Positions 40,355-53,563 of a stretch of DNA of 64,000 bases are shown here, piece by piece. The DNA comes from Octopus vulgaris. Lineage: Eukaryota. Each line of letters begins with the position of its first letter. The stretch's first letter is position 1. Where the stretch lies: NCBI GenBank assembly GCA_951406725.2, contig OX597818.1:117676001-117740000 (forward strand), read 5' to 3'. The notes beneath the pieces are model-generated. The model worked only from the letters and a program-made list of their open reading frames with translations. It did not search any database and had not been told where the DNA came from. The position numbers were made by a program, and so were the translations under genes.

Positions 40355-40918
40355 ATGGTTGTATGTGGTTTATATAGGTCCATCACATGCGTATGCATGT
40401 GTCAATGGAGTGATCATGTGTGTTTACACGTTTCGTTCAATGAAAGATACAGAAAGGAAATAAATATATTTAGGCCTGATATTAATGTGTGTGCATTCAT
40501 ATATTTTACCATATGAGTTTTACACTTCCTAACGAAACTTTATACTTCCAAGTAACACCTGCCGTGGTTTCAACTTCAAAATATAACGTATACGTGCGAC
40601 TATGAATACATATTCGCACAAACACATGCATACACGCGCACTCACGTGCACACACACACACGCACTCACGTGCACACACACACACGCACTCACGTGCACA
40701 CACACACACGCACACATCTACAAATACTTATTCAGAATCACTTACACATACATACCTACATACATGCACACTTTCACGCGTACACACATACATACATACG
40801 CACATACAAGCATACGTTCATACATACATATGTTCAAGCATACAAATATATAATGTGTGTGTATATATATATACATATATATATATACATACATATATAT
40901 ACATATATACATATATAT

Positions 40919-40975
<57 letters not shown>

Positions 40976-41112
40976 TACATATATATACATATATACATAC
41001 ATTTATATATATGCATATATATGTATATATGTGTGTATGTACATATAAATATATATATATATATACATACATATATGTGTGTGTACATATATATATGCAT
41101 ATATACATACAG

Positions 41113-41153
<41 letters not shown>

Positions 41154-41690
41154 ATATATGTCGAGCTGTATCAAGCTGTATCAACATATTATATAAAACA
41201 TACATATGCACACACAAAAACATATATGTTTGTATATGTGTATATATGTTAATGCGTGTATACATATACAGCTGTGTCAACATTACGTTATTTAAAACAT
41301 ATCAGACCAACTGAATAAAGAAACGAAGAGGACGATAATATGATATAATCAAAAACATCAGAATTTAATATTTCTATAAATGACCGAGAACGTCGTTAAT
41401 TAATTTCGTAATGGTTAACAGAATCATTAGTGGATACGAGTGTTTGACATAGTTTTCCTCTCTATCTTTATGTCATTAACTATGTATATCCGCACCGCAC
41501 ATGTATACCTACATATACACTCACGTACACCCTTCACACAGACACACACACATCTAAACACACACATATACGCATGTATGTGTTTTATAATAGTTACATA
41601 CATATATACATACATACGTATATACTCACTTACATATGTATATATACGTATGCCTGCATTTTATAATATATATATATATATGTATGTACG

Positions 41691-41781
<91 letters not shown>

Positions 41782-41871
41782 AACTCCAGAATGTATATAT
41801 TGATTGATAGACAGACAGATAAATGGAGACATGTGCATGTGTGTGTCTATGCGTGCGTGTGCGTATATAAA

Positions 41872-42119
41872 GTTCCTCTCTCGAGCCATGTCAGGCTCAT
41901 AAGGGCTGGTTTCCCGGTTTCAGTGGCGTAGAAATTCCGCACCTGGACGGGACGCCGGTCCGTCGCAACGTTACTCATTTTTGCCAGCTGAGTGGACTGG
42001 AGCAACGTGAAATGAAGTATTTTGCTCAAGAACACAACGCAGCGCCCGGTCCAGGAATCGAAACCTCAACCTTATGATCATGATGCTGACACCCTAACCA
42101 CTAAGTCACGCACCTCCAC
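41872..42119 (-). mobile_element. SINE, head D + tail Y
   Basis: Head and body as 26529, but tail GCGACGGACCGGCGTCCCGTCCAGG...GAAACCGGGAAACC...GGCTCGAG. Confidence 0.85.
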
Positions 42120-42131
42120 ATACACACACAT

Positions 42132-42236
<105 letters not shown>

Positions 42237-43059
42237 AGCACACACGAGCAAGAAAGAGATTTTGATGTATAGTGATATAGATGTTCAAATTATATATTTT
42301 TCTCTTTGTGTATTTGTATATTTGTGCGTGGAAAAGAGTTCATGTACGCATGCGTGTGCATGGCCTTACGAAGTTTACTTTTTCAATTTGTTTTGCTCTG
42401 ATGGAGGATATTCTAATTCTTAATGGAGCTACAAAACATTGCTTCCGGATATAGAATATTTTATACGTATAACATATAGTTTCATGTAATAATGGCAATA
42501 CATGGAGATTTCTAGGAAATTAATATCGATTCGTTTTAAAAGTGATATGAAAATTAGGATGCTAAAAAAGTCATTTAAAAATTGTCTTCAATTAAAAGTC
42601 TTAACATGCAAGATATTTCTAAATTGCAATATCAACAGCTTTCAAAATATCTCCACCATTTTTTTTTATTTTGTTAATTAACTGTCGACACATAAATACG
42701 TTGTTCTCGGTTACACCATCATTATTAAGATTAAACAACCTATTTATAAAGATATAAAATGAACAAACATATGATTTCGTATTTATTGCTAATCAAAAGA
42801 AACTGCAGCAAAAACAACAGCATCTGTTTCCAGAAGAGATATATCACTATCGGTGTCGTAAAAAATGGATAGTTTCCTATATATCGTTTTGATGAAGACC
42901 ATGCAATTAATAAACCGTAAATCGCTGCAAGAATTCAGAAATGATTTGTTACTATGGTAAATAAACTGAATAAATATCGTTAGACATGTTATACTGTTCA
43001 GCGCTGCACCACATATCACGTATGTATTTCCTTAACGTGTTGTTAGCAAGTACACTTTG

Positions 43060-43346
43060 TTCTTGTTGTTTGTTCCTTCTCGAGCCATACCTGGCTCATA
43101 AGGGCCGGTTTCCCGGTTTCTGGGAGTATAAGTTCCTCACCTGGACAGGACGCCGGTCCATCGCAGGTGAGCTGCAGAAAGTTGTGGCGAAAGAGTCAGC
43201 AGAAGTTTCACCATTACCTTCTGCCGGAGCCGCGTGGAGCTTAGGTGTTTCGCTCATAAATACACACATCGACCGGTCTGAGATTCGAACCCGCGATCCC
43301 TCGACCGCGAGTCCGCTGCTCTAACCACTAGGCTATGTGCCTCCAC
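43060..43346 (-). mobile_element. SINE, head C + tail Y, with 12-bp TSD
   Basis: Head as 2096, tail as 41872; TSD AAGTACACTTTG at 43048-43059 and 43347-43358. Confidence 0.9.
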
Positions 43347-43662
43347 AAGTACACTTTGGTATATGTGGAAACAATTGTTAAGGATATAAAAAAATATATT
43401 ATGGTGATAATTTAAGAGTGTATTTGAAAAAGTAAATACTCTACAATTTTGCTAATAATTACACAATACAATTAAAATTGCATAAGGAAAACATCTGGTT
43501 CTTATTTGGATGGTCTTAAATATTTGTTAAATATGAAATATTTGCTGGATACAAAATAAACTGAAATATTTTCAATGAAGAAAATGTGTACGTGTATGTG
43601 TTTGTTTGTATGCATATGTATACATACTCTTACTCACACTTATATATGTATGTAAAAAAAAC

Positions 43663-43907
43663 TTTACCTCTCCAGTCATGCCGACCCATAAGGGCCGGTT
43701 TCCCAGTTACCATGCCATATAAATTACTCGCCTGGACAAGACCCCGGTCTGTCGCAGGATTACTCATTATTGCCAGTTGAAGGGACTGGAAATATGATGT
43801 GAAGTGTTTTGCTCAAAAACACAACGCACCGCCCGGTTCAGGAATAGAAACCACAACCTTACGATCACGAGTCCAACACCCTTAACCACTAAGCCACGCG
43901 TCCTCAC
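43663..43907 (-). mobile_element. SINE, head D + tail Y
   Basis: Homologous to 41872-42119. Confidence 0.8.
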
Positions 43908-44245
43908 GCATTTATATGTTGATATGTGTGTGTGTACGTGTTTAATGTAATTTCAGTAGAGTTACTGGTGGTAGAGTAATTAAAACTAATCTTCAAAGTA
44001 GTCGATAAACGAGGAACACTACGAGATTCTATGTCCTGGGTTTGTAAGTTACTCTAATAATTAAATGAGCCATTGCCGTTAGTGCAAACGTACAGCTGCT
44101 GTTAATGAAAATAAACTATACGTTCATTTTTATTTTATTGAGAAAGTGAATATTATAGGATAATATTGATTGGTGAAAGTGTACTAACTCACTTGACAGG
44201 ATTCGAGAAGTGTACTTGTTAAATTATGACCTATTTGGAAATATA

Positions 44246-44462
44246 CGAGGGGTGCTGAATACTTCCTGGCTTTGGGTAAAAAAATTAGAGGAGGATCAGT
44301 TATTTATGATTTTATTCAACATATTCCCCTCTCAGATTCACACATTTATTGCAACAGTCCTTCAAGTTTTTTGAGCCCTGTAAAAGAACTCGGAAGTTTG
44401 GACCTCCAATGAAGCTTTTTGCGCTACCCCTAAAACCAGGAATTTTTCAGTACCCACCCCCG
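44246..44462. mobile_element. Mariner-type MITE with TA TSD
   Basis: TA|CGAGGGGTGCTGAATACTTCCTGGCTTT ... AAAACCAGGAATTTTTCAGTACCCACCCCCG|TA. Confidence 0.78.
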
Positions 44463-46386
44463 TACTTGACTTGAATAAAAGAGTCTGTAAGGGGTAAGTA
44501 TTTGAGAGTGTTAATAAATAGGAGGTGTAAGAAAAATTTTTAATTATTCTAAAGTATCCAGTTGACAAAAGTTTATTGTAATTCTAAGTTTTCAAGAAAA
44601 ACAGTACATTCTCTTTTCGGTTGATATCTAGTTTAACACTCGGCCACCAAAACCAAAACAAATGAGTCTAACAGGCGTGAAAAATGTGTAGTAAACGAAT
44701 CTGAAAACCAAAATTTGCGCAAGCAAAACGGGGAGAAGATTTTGGGAAAATGCACACAATCCGATTTTTTCGCTCGAGACTTTCAGGAAACTGGATAACT
44801 TTTAAAGAAATTTTATTTAAATACCTTTCAAACGGCATAGATTACGATCAGGAAGAAATTTGTGGGGAAAACTTTTCCGAAGAGTGGAAAGAGGATCTGG
44901 GGAAAATTCACACGATCCGACTTTTTCCTTCAAAACTTTCTCTAAAATAATGAAGGTTTATTATTATTAATGAAGGTTTATACAAATACCTTTCAAATGG
45001 CATAGATATACGATTTGTGAGGAAATTTTTTCCAGGGGGTGGGGAGAGGAGTTTTGAAAAAGCAGAATTTCGGATTAGAAAGACCACATACTTTCATTTT
45101 TTTAGTCCCCCACCCCCCTCCGGAGCGATTTTGGCCAATTTTTTGCACTTAAAAACTATTGGGGAACATTTTCGGTAAAAAAAAATACCCAGAAAAATAA
45201 TAAATATTTTCAGATGAAAAAGAGTCATTTAAGGGAGATTAGGTCGTCGTTTGTAGCACATCCCAAGAAAACCCACTTCTTTTCTTTCTCATTCTCACAT
45301 ATGTAGACGTTTTCCAATATTTTTCTCCCCATAACATTTATGATATCAAAAAAAAAAAAAAAAAAAAAAATTTATTATTCTTTCAACCCCACTCCCTGAC
45401 CTTGATTGTTTCTGATTATAATTTTAAATACTGGAAAGCCTGAGGTCATTTATGGCATTTATCCACAGGGATTGAAAAAACAAATTGTTATGTAAAATAT
45501 AGTTCATTTTAATTGCGCACTTTTCTGTTAGAATTTTTTTTTTCTTACACACATACGGCCTTGCATAATTAAGGTCAGGGTGAAAATTTGAGTTACCATT
45601 TTTCTGCTGATCCTTATATCTCACAAAATGGTCCTTTGGTATCATCATTAAGGGGAAGGGGAGTAAAACAAAAATCTTAAAGGGTGTGATGAAAAACGGA
45701 GAAATTTCAACTTATGCGGTTTTCTTGATCCGAAACTCCGTTTTTCCGATCTTTTCTATTTTTTACCCTCTTTTCTTTTAAAATAAGCGGGGATCGAATT
45801 TATAATTAAAATATACAGGAATCAAATTTAAATTATAATTACGATTCAAAAGTAATACGTCAGATTTTCTGTTCCGGTTTCTAAATGTGCATGTTTGTTG
45901 ATAAAATAGTGTTTTAAAGAAAGTGACAGTTAAACTTATGTAATTAATCGTAGCTGATATATTAACTTTTTTTTTTCTGCCCATGTTCAAAGACCGCTTT
46001 ATCTAAAAGGAGAGGAATATCGGGCTCTGGTATTCCGTTATCGAAACTCTTGCGGTAATCAATGTTTCCATGGAAATGTTTCTAGTAATTTTTTTTTTAA
46101 AATAAAAGTACGAATGTTGATACGTAAAACTTGAATGGCGATTATTTCCTGCAGAAGCGTGTTTCTACGATACACAAGCTTCAGTTTGTATGATTGTCAT
46201 ACTGCAATTCTCCTCTGTTGTTGCTTCAGCTAAGCCTTTCAGTATAATTGGGTGGATATTATGTATTTCATGATAAAGTGTGAAAATGACTTGAGTACAT
46301 TTGAAAGTAAGTTTCAATTAATGCAATTAGATAATTCGTTAATGTATTAAAATGTATAACGTTTGTTATATGTATGTGAGTGCACG

Positions 46387-46436
<50 letters not shown>

Positions 46437-47024
46437 TATGGGCATAAAATCTTGACAGGGAAAGTATTCGCAGGTGCTCGTGTTACATACATTAATTAAC
46501 GTCCATTTTTTTTACACATACATATAAGAATACACAATACACACACACACGCACGCACGCACGCACGCACACACGCACACACACACACAAATAAACACTC
46601 TCACACATGCAGCCATACAATGTTTTAAGTGAAACATCGCTTAAAACATTAAGTACTAATGATTACTGTTATCAAAGCAAAATATCTGACATAAATCCGA
46701 ATGGAAGAAAAATTCTTTCAGTGCAGATATCCTGCATGACCGCACTTTAGTCTCTTCTCCTCACACTCTCCTCTTTCTCCCTCTCTCTTTCTCTACATCA
46801 CTTTCTTTCTCCATTTGTCCCTTTATATGTATACGTATTGGTATGCATATACATTAGTAAGCCTCCCCCTCTCTCTGTACACACACGTTTGAGAGTGGGA
46901 GTGAATATTAATGCATATACATATATATGATTATAGATATATGTATGTATATTTTTATATAAATGTGTATATAAAAGTAGATGTATATATATATATATAC
47001 ATACATATATATATACACACACAC

Positions 47025-47083
<59 letters not shown>

Positions 47084-47463
47084 CATGCACAAACACACAA
47101 ACATATATATACATATATCTTTGTAAATATGAATGTATATGTGTGTATATATATGCGTATATATACTTTTATATACATATAAATATCTCTAGCTATCTCT
47201 CTTTGTCTCTCTCTCTTAATAAATATATGCATATACAGAGAAAGGGGGAGAGAATTATATGTGTATGTCTATGATTGTTTGTAGGTATGGTGGTTATTTC
47301 TGTTGTGGTGACAGATACTTGGAGGTGGAGTGAACCTGAGAAGGAAGGTGAGTGAGGAGAATGTGAGAGAGAAGTCCTCTTGATGGCGCACGGTTGTTAT
47401 ATATTAATTCATTCAATATACACTTACACATATATACATCCTATATACATACATATGTGTGTG

Positions 47464-47535
<72 letters not shown>

Positions 47536-47660
47536 CTTAGAATAACTTAGAAAGGTATATATATATATACATACATATAACTTAGAATACTTAGAAAGGT
47601 TTTGGCCAGTATTGGCCCAGGCCATATATATATATATATAACGTATATATATATATAACA

Positions 47661-47717
<57 letters not shown>

Positions 47718-47977
47718 CATATGTATATATAAAATATATATAACATATATATAAATATATAACATATATATATATATATATTTAACATATATATATATAA
47801 CGTATATATATATATGCATGTATATACATGTATGTATGTATATATGCATATATACATATATATGTGTATTGTCAAACCGGTAGGCACACATGCACATACA
47901 CACACAAACACATACGCACACTCTCACACACACCTACAAATACAAATTTGCACAAACGCATAGATGCACATACCCAC

Positions 47978-48016
<39 letters not shown>

Positions 48017-49009
48017 AATATATGTACAGAGAGAGAGAGAGAGAGAGAGAGACAAAGAGAGTGAGAGAACGGTTTTTGATCGTAGTGTAGGGAACATAAT
48101 GACTGGTATAATGTGATACCCAGCGAACGAGATAAGGAAAGGAGGACAGAGAGAACGAGAGTGAGGACTGAATGTAGAGAGAGAGAGAGAGAGGGGGGAC
48201 AGAGGGGAGAGAGAAAAAGATAGAGAGTAAGGGAAGGAGGTAGGAGACAGAGAATGTGAGAAGGAGATCATTTAATAAATTAGTACTGATGAAGATTTTA
48301 TCAAAACAGTGTCCCTGCCATTAATAATAATGAAAATAAAAATATGGCACAAAAATTCTGGATGATTGCCTGTCGTTGCACATATGTATGTGTTTGGGTA
48401 TGTGTTTATCCTTCCATCTCCTCTCTCTCTCTCTCTTTTTGCCTCTGTATTTTATAATGCGTAGACATGTAAACAATGTATTTCACATTGAAATTATCAT
48501 TACAAGCAGAAGGCTGACAAGTGATTAACAAAATATATTGATTTCTCATATCTCCTGACATCTTATGGTTTATATACACTTAGTGAATTAATTTCATAGA
48601 TCGGATCTTCTGGATTTCACCTGCACATTAAAATTCCGCTTTACACTTCACTGTATTGAAGTATTATGGTATTTGCTAGCCGAGTCCGATGGAAGAGCTT
48701 GCTGTGATTGACACACGATTCTCTGGTGCCAAATATATACACGGAGAGAGAGAGAGTGAGACAAAAGAGAGTGATACAGATAAACAGAATTAGGCCTGAC
48801 GCATTTATTCATATTCATATGTACATATGTGTATGTGTGTGTGTGTGTGTGTGTGTGTAGCTATTCTTAGTGACTATATGAAATTTTTCCCTCCTCTTGC
48901 TCTGGTAAAATATTTAAGAAAAAATATATTATTATATCTTGTCTGTTCAAAATCCATATTTGTGCAGCTGAAGATAGTGCTGTATTCAAATGCATGTAAT
49001 GAATGTCCA

Positions 49010-49061
<52 letters not shown>

Positions 49062-49252
49062 TATATGTATATGTGCTGGCAGGCCTAATTATATGTTTAT
49101 CTGCATCACTATCTCCCTCTCAGCTCACCTGGATTTCTGTTATCGCCACTCTTGACATCTTTGTCCTAATCCAGACTGAAGAATTTGGAGTTTAAGTTCA
49201 ATTCATTTGAATACCACAACTTGTTTTCTCTACTGAGGACATCTACTGCCTC

Positions 49253-49291
<39 letters not shown>

Positions 49292-49429
49292 GAGGGCATT
49301 ATACATACATGCCAGAAGGCATTATATATACATGCCAAACGCTAAGAGGGACAATTAGTCATTTCTACCAAAAATATTACTATTCCCACCGAATGCAATT
49401 TTTCAAAGTAAGACATTTAAAAAAAATAT

Positions 49430-49477
49430 AGACCTGTATCACAGTGATTTCATACTTACGTACTCATCAGCAGGCCT
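49430..49477 (-). ncRNA. Type I hammerhead ribozyme motif (copy in inverted arm)
   Basis: Exact reverse complement of 50295-50342. Confidence 0.85.
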
Positions 49478-50294
49478 GAATGCATTATAAATAAACAACG
49501 ACCCTGTCCCGCTTAAGTCGATCAGCTAACTGTTCAACATCAACGAAGCACATGGGTGAGTTTACATATATTACATCCGGTCAAATGGCAAACTTTTACG
49601 AATTGCATTTCGGAGAGGAAAAGTTTTTTCGGAATAAAAATTTAGCAATTAAGGACAACTACTTAATAAGGAAAACTTAACAAGAAATTGTCAGGTAGAT
49701 AGCGTAAAAACCTCATAAGAGAAAAAATTTCGAAAATAATTATTTCTTATTGAACATATTAATTTATATATAGAGGGCATTATACATACATGCCAGAAGG
49801 CATTATATATACATGCCAAACGCTAAGAGGGACAATTAGTCATTTCTACCAAAAATATTACTATTCCCACCGAATGCAATTTTTGGTGGGAATGCATTCG
49901 GTGGGAATAGTAATATTTTTGGTAGAAATGACTAATTGTCCCTTTTAGCGTTTGGCATGTATATATAATGCCTTCTGGCATGTATGTATAATGCCCTCTA
50001 TATATAAATTAATATGTTCAATAAGAAATAATTATTTTCGAAATTTTTTCTCTTATGAGGTTTTTACGCTATCTACCTGACAATTTCTTGTTAAGTTTTC
50101 CTTATTAAGTAGTTGTCCTTAATTGCTAAATTTTTATTCCGAAAAAAATTTTCCTCTCCCGAAATGCAATTCGTAAAAGTTTGCCATTTGACCGGATGTA
50201 ATATATGTAAACTCACCCATGTGCTTCGTTGATGTTGAACAGTTAGCTGATCGACTTAAGCGGGGCAGGGTCGTTGTTTATTTATAATGCATTC

Positions 50295-50342
50295 AGGCCT
50301 GCTGATGAGTACGTAAGTATGAAATCACTGTGATACAGGTCT
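50295..50342 (+). ncRNA. Type I hammerhead ribozyme motif
   Basis: AGGCCTG (stem I) CTGATGA GTAC-gtaa-GTAT (stem II) GAA ATCACTGTGAT (quasi-palindromic stem III) A (H17, AUA site) CAGGTCT (stem I'). Confidence 0.88.
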
Positions 50343-50776
50343 ATATTTTTTTTAAATGTCTTACTTTGAAAAATTGCATTCGGTGGGAATAGTAATATTT
50401 TTGGTATAAATGACTAATTGTCCCTCTTAGCGTTTGGCATGTATATATAATGCCTTCTGGCATGTATGTATAATGCCCTCTATATATAAATTAATATGTT
50501 CAATAAGAAATAATTATTTTCGAAAGTTTTTCTCTTATGAGGTTTTTACGCTATCTACCTGACAATTTCTTGTTAAGTTTTCCTTATTAAGTAGTTGTCC
50601 TTAATTGCTAAATTTTTATTCCGAAAAAACTTTTCCTCTCCCGAAATGCAATTCGTAAAAGTTTGCCATTTGACCGGATGTAATATATGTAAACTCACCC
50701 ATGTGCTTCGTTGATGTTGAACAGTTAGCTGATCGACTTAAGCGGGGCAGGGTCGTTGTTTATTTATAATGCATTC

Positions 50777-50824
50777 AGGCCTGCTGATGAGTACGTAAGT
50801 ATGAAATCACTGTGATACAGGTCT
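50777..50824 (+). ncRNA. Type I hammerhead ribozyme motif
   Basis: Identical to 50295-50342, 482 bp downstream. Confidence 0.88.
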
Positions 50825-51596
50825 ATATTTTTTTTAAATGTCTTACTTTGAAAAATTGCATTCGGTGGGAATAGTAATATTTTTGGTATAAATGACTAAT
50901 TGTCCCTCTTAGCGTTTGGCATGTATATATAATGCCTTCTGGCATGTATGTATAATGCCCTCTATATATAAATTAATATGTTCAATAAGAAATAATTATT
51001 TTCGAAATTTGTTCTCTTATGATGTTTTTACGCTATCTACCTGACAATTTCTTGTTAAGTTTTCCTTATTAAGTAGTTGTCCTTAATTGCTATATATATA
51101 TATATATATATATATAACAATGGATTGGCTTTAAACCTCTCCGTGCGCTGGAGAATTGACGCCATATGTCGCTATTACCATGTTAATAACACCGAGTATA
51201 AAACACTGGGTTGTAGTCGGGCAAAAGAAAGATAATGAATTAAACTTTTGGTTGACCCTGTACAAGTTCCTGTTTCAAGCTTAAAGTAAAAAAGAATTAC
51301 TTACTGCTCCCATTAGAAACGATATTCCATAGTATAAATTTACGAGTATCCACATATACGCATTCGAGCGGCATCATCGTACAACAAATATATGTACACA
51401 CTCGTAGAAATATGCAGTAAAGTAGAATTCACATCTGTCTTTTACAACCACTTGCTCTATACCAAAACATACTCTGCAGTGAATGCAGTTTTGATCAAGG
51501 AGTAAATTCTTCAAATATCAATTATAATAAAGGATAAAAAACACTAATGGTTTTACCATCTTCCAAAGAATCTAATGCTCTTAGCTTAGTTTCTCC

Positions 51597-51686
51597 TCGG
51601 GGTTGGCCAGATTGGCGCAATCTCGAGTATAACCAGCCGAAATTGCAAAGATAATCTGGAACTCGACTGAGGAAAGATAACTCCGA
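51597..51686 (+). ncRNA. Decayed type II-like hammerhead motif in a (TA)n-flanked repeat
   Basis: TCGGGGTT/AACTCCGA outer stem II, ATTG-gcg-CAAT stem III followed by C, TCGAGT/ACTCGA stem I, CTGAGGA core; the GAA half-core is disrupted. Confidence 0.45.
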
Positions 51687-51789
51687 AGAACCCGTCCTTG
51701 TTTTCTTTGTATCGTGTGTCTGGATGTTTTGTTGTCCCTTTTTTGTATCACCTAACTGTCCGGATGTATTACGTTCTTTTCCCATTCTG

Positions 51790-51836
<47 letters not shown>

Positions 51837-52462
51837 TTTCCTTAAAACACGACTATCTGCCCTTTTATGTATTTTCATTTAAAATATACGTATTTTTGAA
51901 GGAATAGTATTATTTCGTAATTTCTTTGAAACAATAAATTTCCTACAAATTTAACATCAACATTTCTTAACTTCTGTAACCTTTTAAACAGAATGTGAAA
52001 TATATATTTTGTATTTTATTTATATTTACTACAATTTATAGATTAGCCGCCTTCAAACATGTATTTCACTGTTAAACTTCTATATCAGCAGTCACGTGTA
52101 CGAGTGTATGTGTTGTATGTGTGTGCATTTGTTTTTGCATTGTGCTGCGATATGAGGATTGCTTCTGTGATTAATTGTCACTTGTATGAGGAATAATTTC
52201 GTATACTATTGATGCATTATTTACAAATGTTTTTTTCTTTCTGACTTTCTCTCTTATGGTGTGTGGCACAGAGTTCCGTGACAGTGAGAGAATGGAACTT
52301 ATTTTCGCTATAATGTTTAAAATTATTTCCATTATTAACGTTTGGGAAATATATTCGGCAAGTTCTCCAGGAAAATAATATTCCTCAAACTGACTATAAA
52401 ATTTCAAAATAGCATCGTATTTAAGATAATCTCTGAAATATTAAAACTATATATTATATGCG

Positions 52463-53233
52463 TACAAGGTGTGGTCAATAAGTATCCGAACTGTTGCCAT
52501 AGTAACGAATCTAAAACACGCAGAATGAAGTCGCTTGTCAAAAATTGACCATCAACTCTGCTGTGCAAGCGTGCTAAGTTTTAACGTTCTAGTGCACTTC
52601 CGCTGTTTACAGCAGTGCTTGGATGGAAGGTGTGTAGTATGTGATTATCGCATTGACCATGACAGAGAAAGTTGTCCTGGTAATACCTGCTCAGAGGCCT
52701 ACGCAATGTTACAGAAAATGTATGGAGAAGAGTGCATGTGCTCCATACACGTGTACGAATGGTTCAGACGTTTCCCAAATAAGCTAAATAAATGTCGATA
52801 TTGACAGACGTTCTGGGAGACCCGCAACCAGCAGAATTAAGAAAAACATCGCAGATGTGCGTGTAGCTCTAAGAGGAACTCGTCGAATCACCATCTGTGA
52901 GTTATAGAATGTGAAGATTAGTTACGGTTCAGTTCAGTCCACTTCAATGAAGATTTGGGTATGAGACCCATGTCTGCCAAGTTTGTGCCAAAACTGCTTT
53001 CAACTGACCAAAAAGACACTCAGGTTTCAATTGCCCAAAATCTTGATTGTGTCGAATGAAAACTTTTAGAAAACTTTCCGTAGGCATTTGAGGAGGTATC
53101 GCCAAGCTTCTGCAAGACTTGATGCAGATTCACTGCTCAAATTTCTGTATCATGGTCAATGAGATGATCACACACTACACACCTTCCTTCCAAGCACTAC
53201 TGTAAACAGCGGAAGCAAGCTAGAGCGTTAAAA
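52463..53233. mobile_element. Non-autonomous mariner derivative made of two inverted 5' ends; right end cut by a SINE
   Basis: Plus-strand remnants VYEWFRRF, RSGRPATS, RRITI and MSAKFVPKLLS (mariner HTH/linker); 53060-53233 is an inverted copy of about 52578-52720. Confidence 0.75.
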
Positions 53234-53234
53234 C

Positions 53235-53563
53235 AGTGCTTAACTGGCAATTATTTCATCGACCCCGATGGATGAAAGGCAAAGTCGATCTCGGCGGAAT
53301 TTGAACTCAGAACGTAGCAGCAGACTAAATACCTATTCCTTTACTACCCACAAGGGGCTACACACAGAGAGGACAAACAAGGGCAGACAAACGGATTAAG
53401 TCGATTATATCGACTCCAGTGCATAACTGGTACTTATTTAATCGACCCCGATGGATGAAAGGCAAAGTCGACATCGGCGGAATTTGAACTCAGAACGTAG
53501 CGGCAGACGAAATACGGCTACGCATTTCGCCCGGCGTGCTAACATTTCTGCCAGCGCGCCGCC
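53235..53563 (-). mobile_element. Family B SINE dimer
   Basis: Two bodies with the recurrent junction. Confidence 0.85.

Larger units (their letters stand above)
49281..51092. repeat. 481-482-bp tandem repeat: about 1.25 units inverted, then about 2.5 units direct, inserted in (TA)n
   Basis: AGAGGGCATT at 49291 and 49772; GCATTCGGTGGGAATAG at 49894, 50376 and 50858; orientation flips at 49879-49892. Confidence 0.95.

Noticed and set aside
51117-51530. Possible GIY-YIG endonuclease remnant upstream of the type II-like motif
   Set aside because: Only a vague VGQ...L...TL resemblance; needs a profile search.
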